Shown piece after piece: positions 19,285 to 27,952 of a stretch of DNA of 64,000 nucleotides. The translations under genes and the position numbers were made by a program. Numbering within the stretch: the first letter of the stretch is position 1; each line of letters opens with the position of its first letter. The notes under the pieces are model-generated. The model did not search any database. It saw nothing but the letters and a program-made list of their open reading frames with translations, and was not told the DNA's origin. This stretch comes from a virus, in IMG/VR virus record IMGVR_UViG_3300020471_000623, positions 18,085-82,084 of that record. The stretch is one strand, 5' to 3'.

Positions 19285-19435
19285 ATTATGGAGATTATGG
19301 TGTTTATCCCTAGGCGACAAAGCAAGTGATAACACCAAGGATGCAGACATGGTGGCAATTATGAGGTCCATCGTTGTTTTAGTAAATTTTGTAACCTGTT
19401 TTTTCATTGTAGCAGGTATATTGAGGCATTGGTGA
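19271..19435 (+). CDS. 54-aa membrane protein (not in ORF track)
   Basis: TTG start after AAGGA; WRLWCLSLGDKASD...VAIMRSIVVLVNFVTCFFIVAGILRHW; stop overlaps next ATG. Confidence 0.65.
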   Translation: MTLSKLWRLWCLSLGDKASDNTKDADMVAIMRSIVVLVNFVTCFFIVAGILRHW

Positions 19436-19680
19436 TGACGTTTCCAGATATAATAGGACTAACAGGAGTTGCATTGCTTATAATTACATATGCTCTATTA
19501 CAATTAGATAGAATTGACCCTAAAGGGTTTTGGTATAGTTTCAATAATTTGATTGTAGCTATTTTGGTTACAGTTAGTTTGATATATACTCCTAATCTTG
19601 CTAGTATTGTAATAGAAGTGTTTTGGTTTATAATTAGTTTATATGGTGTTGTAATGTATTACAACAGGAAGAGAATATGA
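19435..19680 (+). CDS. Small three-TM membrane protein (CBU_0592-like)
   Basis: DIIGLTG..Y.LLQ, YSFNN, IEVFWFIISLYG. Confidence 0.7.
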   Translation: MTFPDIIGLTGVALLIITYALLQLDRIDPKGFWYSFNNLIVAILVTVSLIYTPNLASIVIEVFWFIISLYGVVMYYNRKRI

Positions 19681-20153
19681 GTGATAGTATATTAGAAGGA
19701 TTTGGAGAACCTATCGTAGAGGTAGATGAGAAAGAGTTTGAAGACAAACTCAAGAAGATATCTCCTTTTGACTTCGTAAATAGCATAAACTATTCTAAAG
19801 AAAACTTAATTGTAGATGAAAGAACAGAAAAAGAATATAATCCATTCATTGTAAATCGTGCAATGGGCTTTGGTCCTGATACAGTTATTGCAGGTAATGA
19901 AATGAATAGCAGGCATCACTTAGACAACAAAATGCAGTATGACTTTCTAATGGCAACTGTTAGAAAGGCAAAGAGATATAATAAATGGATAAAAGCAGAA
20001 GAATCTAACATTGAAGCTATACAAAAGTTCTTCGGTTATTCCTTTATGAAGGCAAAAGAAGCACTAAAACTTTTAAATGAAGATCAAATTGATAGAATCA
20101 AACTACATTTAGCCATGTCTCAAGGGGGCCAAAAGGTCCAAAAACATAAATAA
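19677..20153 (+). CDS. gp62: Clamp loader small subunit (T4 gp62)
   Basis: PFDFVNSIN, YNPFIVNR, QYDFL, FGYSFMKA; synteny 44-62-regA. Confidence 0.92.
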   Translation: MSDSILEGFGEPIVEVDEKEFEDKLKKISPFDFVNSINYSKENLIVDERTEKEYNPFIVNRAMGFGPDTVIAGNEMNSRHHLDNKMQYDFLMATVRKAKRYNKWIKAEESNIEAIQKFFGYSFMKAKEALKLLNEDQIDRIKLHLAMSQGGQKVQKHK

Positions 20154-20196
20154 GTTATTATAGACATAATAATTTACAAGAAACAGAGAATTGAGA

Positions 20197-20619
20197 ATGG
20201 TTGATCAAGACAATTACTTTAATATAGACTATCCAGGTTATTCACCCTTAGAAGTTTCATTAAAGGACCCAGAAGATTTCCTAAAAGTGAGGGAGACTCT
20301 ATCACGAATAGGTGTTGCTTCTAAGAAGGAAAAGGTTCTTTATCAGTCTTGTCATATACTGCACAAAAAAGGTAGATACTTTATTACACATTTTAAAGAA
20401 CTATTTGCATTAGACGGCAAGGAAGCTGACTTCCAAGACAATGATTTACAACGAAGAAATACAATAGCAAAACTACTATCCGATTGGGGATTAGTAGACA
20501 TCATTTCTAAAGATGTTGATGATTATGCTCCTTTAAGTCAGATAAAAATAATATCATTTAAGGAGAAGGGTGAGTGGGAGCTAATCCCTAAATATAACAT
20601 TGGGAAGAAAGTCAAATAA
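20197..20619 (+). CDS. regA: Translational repressor RegA
   Basis: DFLKVRETLSRIGVAS, LYQSCHILHKKGRYFITHFKELF, RRNTIA. Confidence 0.96.
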   Translation: MVDQDNYFNIDYPGYSPLEVSLKDPEDFLKVRETLSRIGVASKKEKVLYQSCHILHKKGRYFITHFKELFALDGKEADFQDNDLQRRNTIAKLLSDWGLVDIISKDVDDYAPLSQIKIISFKEKGEWELIPKYNIGKKVK

Positions 20620-21928
20620 CCAGGAATACTGGCTCAACAAGATAAAAACAGACTTGGACGCAATTGGTCCAGGATTCTGTATCTTAAAATGGCACTATCT
20701 TGAGTTATCACTTGCAGAGGGACTGAAACATTCTTGTTATCATTGTCCACAACACAAAATACCTTTAAAATCAGATTTACACAATACACCTACAACAAAA
20801 GAAGTAAGGCAACAAATGCTGGATGGACTAAAACCAGCCGAGGACAATTATTGCTACGATATCGAGAAAACAGGCAACTATTCTGATAGGCAATATCTTG
20901 CCGTTCAGTTCATAAAAGAAGACCCTAACATTATCGCCAAGACAGCAGCTTACGAACCTGATGAACAAATATATCCTAAATATCTAACAGTCAGTTTTAC
21001 AAATAGATGTCAAATGTCCTGTATATATTGTGGTGCAGGAAAAAGTTCTACATGGAAAAAAGAAATAGATGAACATGGACCTTATCCTCTAAATGTAAAA
21101 GATAATTATGACAAGTATATGCCTAGAAATGATATAATGAAAGTAGAAGATAATCCTTATGTAGATAAATTTTGGAAATGGTTACCAGATGCTTATCCTC
21201 ACTTACAAACAATTAGACTTACAGGTGGTGAACCTTTATTAGATGAAAATACATTTAAGTTATTACAATATGTTAAGGATAATCCTAAAGAACTATCATT
21301 TGAAATAAGCACAAATTTAATGGTTACAGATAGGCGAGTATCTAATTATATAAATTTAGTGAAAGGCTTACCAGGACAGAAATGTTATGTAAGCGTAGAT
21401 ACTTGGGGAGAACAAGCAGAATGGATTAGAACAGGACTAAAAATAGAACAATTTGAACATAACCTACACAGAGTATTAGGTAACGGTATAAAAGTAGGTA
21501 TTATGTGCACCTTTAATCTTTTATCTATTCCTAACTTTGAAGAGTGGGTATTTAAAATGGCAGAACTAAAACAACAATATCCTGGACTGCTTACAGTTGA
21601 TGTTCCTCAAATGGTAGAGCCATTACACCTAACTACAAGAATTGCTGATAAAAAGTTAATAAATATGTTGGATAAGGCATATAAGTCTATGCTAACGTAT
21701 TCGCATCTATTTGAAGATTACGAAATATCTAAATTTAAAAGAACAATAGCATGGACAAAGGCAAACCTTATGAAAGGCGAAGAATTAGAGAGAAATAGAA
21801 AAGACTTTGTTAAATTTGCCAATGAAAAAGATAGGAGAAGAGGCACAAATTTTTTAGAAACTTTTCCTGAATTGAAAGAATTTTATAATGACACAAGCAC
21901 AACAATACAAGCTACTTCATCCATATAA
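20600..21928 (+). CDS. Radical SAM enzyme with N-terminal Cys (twitch-like) region
   Basis: CQMSCIYC, LTGGEP, STN, SVD; N-terminal FCILKW, SCYHC. Confidence 0.85.
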   Translation: MGRKSNNQEYWLNKIKTDLDAIGPGFCILKWHYLELSLAEGLKHSCYHCPQHKIPLKSDLHNTPTTKEVRQQMLDGLKPAEDNYCYDIEKTGNYSDRQYLAVQFIKEDPNIIAKTAAYEPDEQIYPKYLTVSFTNRCQMSCIYCGAGKSSTWKKEIDEHGPYPLNVKDNYDKYMPRNDIMKVEDNPYVDKFWKWLPDAYPHLQTIRLTGGEPLLDENTFKLLQYVKDNPKELSFEISTNLMVTDRRVSNYINLVKGLPGQKCYVSVDTWGEQAEWIRTGLKIEQFEHNLHRVLGNGIKVGIMCTFNLLSIPNFEEWVFKMAELKQQYPGLLTVDVPQMVEPLHLTTRIADKKLINMLDKAYKSMLTYSHLFEDYEISKFKRTIAWTKANLMKGEELERNRKDFVKFANEKDRRRGTNFLETFPELKEFYNDTSTTIQATSSI

Positions 21929-22544
21929 TCCTACAATATTAGTAGCAGACGATTTCTTTCCAGCAGAAAAATGTGATTTATTATTAGAAGCTGCACAAGA
22001 ACCAGACTTTTTTAAGAAATCCTCAGTAGGAGATGACCCAGATAATCCTACATATGATTATAGACGAACAAGTAAGACAGGTTGGATAGATTATAACAAT
22101 GTTACAGCTCACGAATTTTTACAAAGAGCAGCTTCAATATTAAATGTGAGACCTGAACAGTCAGAACAATTACAAATAGTCAGCTATGATTTAGGACAAG
22201 AATATGCACCTCATCAAGATGCATTTCCTTTAGATTCATATCAACTTAATGAAAACGGCGGACAAAGAGTAGCAACTGCATTATTATATTTAAATACACC
22301 TACAGAAGGAGGAGCAACATCTTTTCCTAGTATAAATGGTGGTAGAGGATATGAAGTGCAAGCAAGAAAAGGAAGATGTGTATTTTTTACTACTACATTC
22401 TTAGGATTACAAGAACCACATCCGTTTTCACTACACGGTGCTATGCCATTAATTAAAGGTAGAAAGTATGTTGCTAACTGTTGGTTTAGACAACATCAAA
22501 GATGGGCATATAAAACACCAGAAGACACAGATCAAAGTGATTAA
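21888..22544 (+). CDS. 2OG-Fe(II) oxygenase, prolyl 4-hydroxylase-like
   Basis: RTS, YAPHQD, LYLN..EGGATSFP, LHGAMP..GRKYVANCW. Confidence 0.9.
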   Translation: MTQAQQYKLLHPYNPTILVADDFFPAEKCDLLLEAAQEPDFFKKSSVGDDPDNPTYDYRRTSKTGWIDYNNVTAHEFLQRAASILNVRPEQSEQLQIVSYDLGQEYAPHQDAFPLDSYQLNENGGQRVATALLYLNTPTEGGATSFPSINGGRGYEVQARKGRCVFFTTTFLGLQEPHPFSLHGAMPLIKGRKYVANCWFRQHQRWAYKTPEDTDQSD

Positions 22545-22547
22545 TTT

Positions 22548-22555
22548 TATAAATA
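22548..22555 (+). promoter_or_regulatory. T4-type late promoter
   Basis: TATAAATA at the start of the structured intergenic region. Confidence 0.7.
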
Positions 22556-22559
22556 GTAT

Positions 22560-22760
22560 TACCTCGTTGACAAAACGACCTAGATGGGTTTTAAATCCAT
22601 TTTGTTTAGGTAGTAAATGTTTGGAGATGTATAGGAGGCTTTTAGCCATACTATGTGTTCCAAAGGAATTTTACTACGCAACCTGGGAAGTTTTAGAGAG
22701 GTATTTGGGTATGAGGCAGAAAACTGATATATTCATTATTGAAACCGAAACCTCTACTCA
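22560..22760 (+). ncRNA. Candidate structured ncRNA or long leader
   Basis: Nested stems: TACCTC/GAGGTA, TCGTT/AACGA, CCTAGA/TTTAGG, GTAGTAAA/TTTACTAC, TTTGGA/TCCAAA, TGGGTATGAGG/CCTCTACTCA. Confidence 0.55.
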
Positions 22761-22766
22761 TCTTAC

Positions 22767-22829
22767 TGATACGCCGGAAGGGTATCATTTTATATTAACC
22801 TTGCTAACTAATAGGAGGAAACTAACATG
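22767..22829 (+). promoter_or_regulatory. ROSE-like RNA thermometer of hsp20
   Basis: CCTTGCT (22799-22805) can pair with SD AGGAGG (22813-22818) with a bulged G; upstream hairpin TGATAC/GTATCA. Confidence 0.6.
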
Positions 22830-23273
22830 GTAAGATTAAGCACGACTAATTGGAACAATTTCGTTTCAGCATTCCCACAAGTAGAAAGTAGATTAATAGG
22901 ATTTGACAGAGTATTTGACGCTGTCAATAGACTTCATAGTATTGAAGGCGGACAATCTAACTCTTTCCCACCTTACAACATCAAGAAACTAGATGATGAA
23001 AATTATGAAATCACACTAGCTCTTGCAGGCTTTAAAAAGTCTGAATTAAGTGTTGTTGTGGAAGACGGCAACCTTGTCGTCAAAGGTGAGCAAGAAAAAT
23101 CAGAAGATGAATTCTTGCACAAAGGAATTGCAGAACGCAATTTCACAAGAACATGGGCTTTAGCAGATGAAGTTAAAGTATCAGGTTCTAAACTTGAAGA
23201 TGGAGTTTTAACTATTTCACTGGTTCATGAAATACCAGAGGAAAAGAAACCTGTCGATATAAAAATTAAATAA
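22827..23273 (+). CDS. hsp20: Small heat shock protein (IbpA-like Hsp20)
   Basis: IGFD, FPPYNI, LALAGF, LHKGIAERNFTR, LEDGVLTI. Confidence 0.95.
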   Translation: MVRLSTTNWNNFVSAFPQVESRLIGFDRVFDAVNRLHSIEGGQSNSFPPYNIKKLDDENYEITLALAGFKKSELSVVVEDGNLVVKGEQEKSEDEFLHKGIAERNFTRTWALADEVKVSGSKLEDGVLTISLVHEIPEEKKPVDIKIK

Positions 23274-23289
23274 TTACAGGAGAAGGAGC

Positions 23290-23643
23290 ATGTCTAAAAA
23301 CATTCAAATAATCAAACTCACAACGGGTGAAGACTTAATTGGAGAAGTAGGCGATACAGAAGTAGATGGAAAAGCATTTCTAACTATTGATAAACCTGCA
23401 CTAATCATGATGATGCCTAAGCCTGGAAGTGATAATGAATTTGGTGTGGGACTTGCTCCTTACGCTCCTTTTGCCAAAGGGCACAAGGTTCCTATTTTTC
23501 CAGCGCATATTGTATCAGTCTATGACCCTGCAGAGGAAATACTATCAGCATATAACCAGAAGTTCGGAGCTGGACTTGTTATGCCGACACAGAAAGAAAA
23601 GTCGATTATAAATAAACAAGTATTAAACGAACAGAAGAAGTAA
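23290..23643 (+). CDS. Hypothetical T4-like protein (Sm-like fold)
   Basis: IKLTTGEDLIG...YNQKFG pattern recalled from T4-like phages; position after hsp20. Confidence 0.75.
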   Translation: MSKNIQIIKLTTGEDLIGEVGDTEVDGKAFLTIDKPALIMMMPKPGSDNEFGVGLAPYAPFAKGHKVPIFPAHIVSVYDPAEEILSAYNQKFGAGLVMPTQKEKSIINKQVLNEQKK

Positions 23644-23644
23644 T

Positions 23645-24046
23645 ATGTATGAATACAGAATTAACGTTGTCAAAATCATAGATGGAGATACAGTAGATGT
23701 GGACATTGACCTCGGTTTCGGTGTCTGGCTCAAGAAGCAAAGAATACGACTGCATGGGATTGATACTCCCGAAAGTCGAACCCGTGACCTCGATGAAAAA
23801 CGATATGGACTCATGGCAAAGAAATTCCTTACGGAACAAATCAAAGATGGAGCTATACTCAAAACAAGGCTCGATAAAAAAGGAAAATACGGTAGGATAC
23901 TTGGTGAATTTCTTAGTTTAGATGATAGAACTAATATCAATGAACTAATGATATTGAAACACCATGCCGTCTCTTATCACGGTGCAAGTAAACAGGAAAT
24001 AGCAGAAGGACACTTGCGCAATAGGACCAGAGTAAAAGAAATCTAA
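23645..24046 (+). CDS. Thermonuclease (SNase-like)
   Basis: IDGDT, RIRLHGIDTPE, GKYGRILG; late promoter TATAAATA at 23607-23614. Confidence 0.9.
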   Translation: MYEYRINVVKIIDGDTVDVDIDLGFGVWLKKQRIRLHGIDTPESRTRDLDEKRYGLMAKKFLTEQIKDGAILKTRLDKKGKYGRILGEFLSLDDRTNINELMILKHHAVSYHGASKQEIAEGHLRNRTRVKEI

Positions 24047-24075
24047 TTGACTGTAGGTTCGTAAGAGCCTATAAT
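24047..24075 (+). promoter_or_regulatory. Sigma70-type promoter for DNA polymerase
   Basis: TTGACT-gtaggttcgtaagagcc-TATAAT. Confidence 0.8.
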
Positions 24076-24101
24076 GTCTATATTATTAATAAGGTGTTGT
24101 T

Positions 24102-26600
24102 ATGAATTTCTATACTTATGCTCGACATTATGGGGACAAGATACTTGTCCGAGGTGTTAAGGATGGAAGAAGGTTTATAGGTAAACATGATTTCCGTCCA
24201 ACATTATTCGTAAAGTCAGATAAGCCAAGCAAATACAAATCAATATATGGTGAAAATGTTTCGCCTATTCAGTTTGAATCCAACAAGGAGGCAACCGCCT
24301 TCTATGACAGATACAAAGATATATCCAACTTTCCTATATACGGACAAGACTATTATGGCTATCAGTATATTACAGAAAAATATCCTGGCATAGTAGAATG
24401 GGACGCTAAAAATATTAAGGTTTTTTCTATTGATATAGAAACAACTTCGGAAAGTGGATTTCCGAACGTGGACTCTCCAACCGAGAAGATGTTAGTTATT
24501 ACCATGCAAGATAACAACACCAAGAAAATAACAACCTTCGGAGTTGGAGAGTTCACACCTACAGACAATGTAAAAGGATATGATATAGATTATATCAACT
24601 GTAAAGATGAATATACATTACTAAAAACATTCTTAGAATGGTGGCAGGATAATTGTCCAGATGTTATTACAGGCTGGAACTCTGCCTTATTTGATATTCC
24701 TTATTTACTTGCAAGAACAGAAAGAATATTGGGGGAAGGGGAGCATAAGAAGTTTTCTCCCTTCGAGCTTGTAAACAAACGAAAAGTTAGGTTTGCAGCA
24801 GGAAGGGAGATGACTGCTTTTGAGATTACAGGTGTTGCACAACTAGACTATCTCGACTTATACAAGAAGTTTACTTATGTGACTCGTGAATCTTATAAAC
24901 TAGACTTTATTGCTGAAACAGAACTAGGCAAGAACAAATTAGAGTCTGGGTTTGATACATTTAAGGAGTTCTATGAGGGTGACTGGAATAGATTTGTAGA
25001 ATATAATATTATTGATACAGTTATTGTTGATGAACTAGAAGATAAAATGAAACTTATTGAACTAGCATTGACAATGGCATATGACGCTAAATGTAACTAC
25101 AATGACGTCTTCTCAGCAGTTAGAACATGGGATAGTTTACTTTACAATCACTTATGGGAGAAGAACATTGTTATCCATCAGAAAAGTGGAAAGAAAGATA
25201 GACAGATCGAAGGAGCCTATGTCCAAGAGCCTAAACCAGGCGGTTATGATTGGGTATGTAGCTTTGACGCTACAAGTCTGTATCCTTCTATACTTATGCA
25301 GTATAATATGAGTCCAGAAACTATTGTCCCTGGATTCAAGTATGATGTTAAGGTTGATGACTTGTTAGATAGATACAAGTTAGACAAACTGAAAGAAAAG
25401 AACTATGCTATGGCATCTAATGGCACATGCTATACAAGAGAGAAACAAGGATTGTTTCCTGAGATTGTCCAGAAGTTCTTTAATGATAGATTAAAATACA
25501 AAAAACTAATGCAGGAGGCACAGAAGAAATATCAGGAGACAGGTGCTAAGGCATATCAGAATGAGGTTAGTAAATACAACAACTTCCAGATGGCTAGAAA
25601 GATTCAACTAAACAGCTTATATGGTGCCCTCGCTAATCAATACTTTAGATTCTATGATGACGATATTGCAGAAGGTATTACAATGACAGGACAACTTGTT
25701 ATTCGAGATACTGCTAAGGCGTTAGATAATTACATGAACAAAGTATGTGGCACAGAAGATGAAATGTATTCTTTTTATAGTGATACTGACTCTTGTTATG
25801 TAACCTGTAAAAATCTAGTAGAAAACTTCTTCCCTGATAAAGGTGTAGATAAAACAGTTGAACTATTAGATAAGATAGGAACAGATAAAATAGAACCTGC
25901 TATAGATCAGGCAATGACTAAACTTGCTAATTACACAAATGCTTTCGAGAATAAAATATTCTTTAAACGTGAGGTAATTGCAGATAAAGGTATATTTGTT
26001 GCTAAGAAACGTTATGCCTTGAACGTTTTAGATGATGAAGGATTACGTCTACAAAAGGCAAAACTAAAGGTAATGGGACTAGAAATAGTAAGAAGTAGCA
26101 CTCCTGGCCCTATTAGAGAGTCTCTAAGGGAGGCAGTTAGGCTAATACTTACAAGCACACAAGAAGAATTACATAGTTTTATAGAGAATACGAAACAAGA
26201 CTTCCATACTATGACTGCTGAGGATATAGCATTTCCTAGAGGTTGTAACAATATGGCAAAGTATCATTCTACAGCAGACATCTATAGTAAAGGCACACCT
26301 ATACATGTTCGAGGTGGTTTACTTTACAATTATTATGTGAGTAAATTGAACTTGAACTTAAAATATGAACAGATACAAGAAGGAGATAAGATTAAGTTTT
26401 TATATTTGAAAGAACCTAATCCTCTGAAAGAAAATACTATTGCTTTTGTGGCAAAACTTCCTAATGAGTTTGGATTAGAAAAGTATGTGGACTATGAACT
26501 AATATTCCAAAAGGCATTCTTAGACCCTCTTGATAATATACTAAAGCCTATAGGTTGGCATACAGAACCACAGGCAACACTCGAGGATTTATTTGCATGA
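24102..26600 (+). CDS. gp43: Family B DNA polymerase (T4 gp43)
   Basis: Exo DIET; pol motifs SFDATSLYPS, KIQLNSLYG, YSDTDS, KKRY; C-terminal clamp-binding LEDLF. Confidence 0.98.
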   Translation: MNFYTYARHYGDKILVRGVKDGRRFIGKHDFRPTLFVKSDKPSKYKSIYGENVSPIQFESNKEATAFYDRYKDISNFPIYGQDYYGYQYITEKYPGIVEWDAKNIKVFSIDIETTSESGFPNVDSPTEKMLVITMQDNNTKKITTFGVGEFTPTDNVKGYDIDYINCKDEYTLLKTFLEWWQDNCPDVITGWNSALFDIPYLLARTERILGEGEHKKFSPFELVNKRKVRFAAGREMTAFEITGVAQLDYLDLYKKFTYVTRESYKLDFIAETELGKNKLESGFDTFKEFYEGDWNRFVEYNIIDTVIVDELEDKMKLIELALTMAYDAKCNYNDVFSAVRTWDSLLYNHLWEKNIVIHQKSGKKDRQIEGAYVQEPKPGGYDWVCSFDATSLYPSILMQYNMSPETIVPGFKYDVKVDDLLDRYKLDKLKEKNYAMASNGTCYTREKQGLFPEIVQKFFNDRLKYKKLMQEAQKKYQETGAKAYQNEVSKYNNFQMARKIQLNSLYGALANQYFRFYDDDIAEGITMTGQLVIRDTAKALDNYMNKVCGTEDEMYSFYSDTDSCYVTCKNLVENFFPDKGVDKTVELLDKIGTDKIEPAIDQAMTKLANYTNAFENKIFFKREVIADKGIFVAKKRYALNVLDDEGLRLQKAKLKVMGLEIVRSSTPGPIRESLREAVRLILTSTQEELHSFIENTKQDFHTMTAEDIAFPRGCNNMAKYHSTADIYSKGTPIHVRGGLLYNYYVSKLNLNLKYEQIQEGDKIKFLYLKEPNPLKENTIAFVAKLPNEFGLEKYVDYELIFQKAFLDPLDNILKPIGWHTEPQATLEDLFA

Positions 26601-26956
26601 TGAGAACATTTGGAGAAAAAACATATAGACCGTTACCTAAAGAGGTAACGATTACAACATCTAAAATAGATGGATTAGGATTACATGCCTTACAAAATTT
26701 ACAGGCAGGAACAGTATTAGGAGAGACTCATGTTCTAGTTCACGATAAGGATAGACTAGAATGGGTAAGAACACCTTTAGGAGGATTTATTAATCATAGT
26801 GATGACCCTAACAGTTATATTGCTACAAATAAAGGAGATAGAATATTACATACTATCAAACCTGTAAAAGCAGGAGAAGAAATAACTGTTTATTATCGTT
26901 TCAAAGGTTATGATGGAACTACAGGTGATGACACAGAAGTAGAAATAGATGCGTAA
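26597..26956 (+). CDS. SET-domain protein
   Basis: SKIDGLGLHA, FINHSDDPN, GEEITVYY. Confidence 0.88.
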   Translation: MMRTFGEKTYRPLPKEVTITTSKIDGLGLHALQNLQAGTVLGETHVLVHDKDRLEWVRTPLGGFINHSDDPNSYIATNKGDRILHTIKPVKAGEEITVYYRFKGYDGTTGDDTEVEIDA

Positions 26957-27534
26957 TGTATATTAGATTGATGGAAAACCAAATAAGAAACATACCTAGT
27001 TTCTGGCCTCATGATTGGCCATTTAATGATATTGTAAAAAGATTGCCTGATACAGGTAAACTATTAGAGATAGGTCCTTATTTAGGAAAGTCTACAACTA
27101 CATGGGCACAAGAATTTAAAAAGGCAAACAAGGATTGGGAAATACATACAATAGATGCTTTTGAAGGTATAAAGAAAGCATGGCCTGGAATGGAACATTT
27201 ACAAATAACAGAAGAAGAACATTTAGAAAAATTTAAAAGTAATATATCTGGATGGGATAATATTACATGGGAAAAGACAAGATGGACACCTGATTATAAA
27301 GGGTTTAGAGAATATGATGTGTTATTTTATGATGGCTTACATGACTATGAAAGTGTAAACAAAGTATTAGAACATTATATAAATGTGGAATGTATTGTAG
27401 TAGATGATTATGATATGGAACACGAAGGAACTATGCAGGCAGTAGATGAATTTTATAATTCATTACCTTGGCCTAAGGAACTAGAACACATAGTTGAAAA
27501 AGGTAAGGGTATTGCAGTAATATGGAGAAAGTGA
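26956..27534 (+). CDS. Class I SAM methyltransferase (Methyltransf_24-like)
   Basis: LEIGPYLGKST, IDAF, FYDGLHDYE, VDDY. Confidence 0.85.
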   Translation: MYIRLMENQIRNIPSFWPHDWPFNDIVKRLPDTGKLLEIGPYLGKSTTTWAQEFKKANKDWEIHTIDAFEGIKKAWPGMEHLQITEEEHLEKFKSNISGWDNITWEKTRWTPDYKGFREYDVLFYDGLHDYESVNKVLEHYINVECIVVDDYDMEHEGTMQAVDEFYNSLPWPKELEHIVEKGKGIAVIWRK

Positions 27535-27713
27535 TGAAAGCAGAACTGAATGAAAAAGACTTTGACGAGTTTTTGAAAAAGACTGAAAAGTTAGAAGAGA
27601 AAGGTTACTCATTAGGTTATGAAGTAACTAAAACTAAAGAAGGAATGTTCTTAGTAGAAATTATTGGAGAACATGACATTAACGAATTAGATACATTAAC
27701 AGAGGGTAGCTAA
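27534..27713 (+). CDS. Hypothetical acidic protein
   Basis: ORF coupled to both neighbours. Confidence 0.55.
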   Translation: MKAELNEKDFDEFLKKTEKLEEKGYSLGYEVTKTKEGMFLVEIIGEHDINELDTLTEGS

Positions 27714-27898
27714 TGAAAATGAGAAAATACTCTGCCACAGGAGGCAGAAAGGCAAGGCGTGAGCGTGCATTAGAACGTTTACAGAAAACTAACTTCACAA
27801 CTAAAGTCCTAAACGGCAAGGAACGCAATGAAAAGAACTGGACAAAGAAGAAAGAAGAGGCAATCAAAGTCCTTGAATCCAGAATTGCAGGGGCATAA
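27713..27898 (+). CDS. Small basic hypothetical protein
   Basis: TAATG coupling; RRERALERL. Confidence 0.65.
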   Translation: MKMRKYSATGGRKARRERALERLQKTNFTTKVLNGKERNEKNWTKKKEEAIKVLESRIAGA

Positions 27899-27952
27899 AA
27901 TAAAATTTTTAGAAAAAAGAATAATAGATCAACAATCAAAAATAGAGGAACA

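Noticed and set aside
22560-22703. Cobalamin riboswitch (GGGAAG present)
   Set aside because: Other conserved B12-box elements are missing and it is not upstream of the receptor gene.
22706-22760. Hammerhead ribozyme in the three-way junction (CTGAT...GAAA)
   Set aside because: CUGANGA is not intact (CTGATAT), the CTG is used in a stem, and the required UH cleavage site is absent.
22468-22833. 121-aa ORF from the track
   Set aside because: Overlaps the oxygenase gene, has no protein-like motif and spans a late promoter and strong RNA stems; treated as probably spurious.
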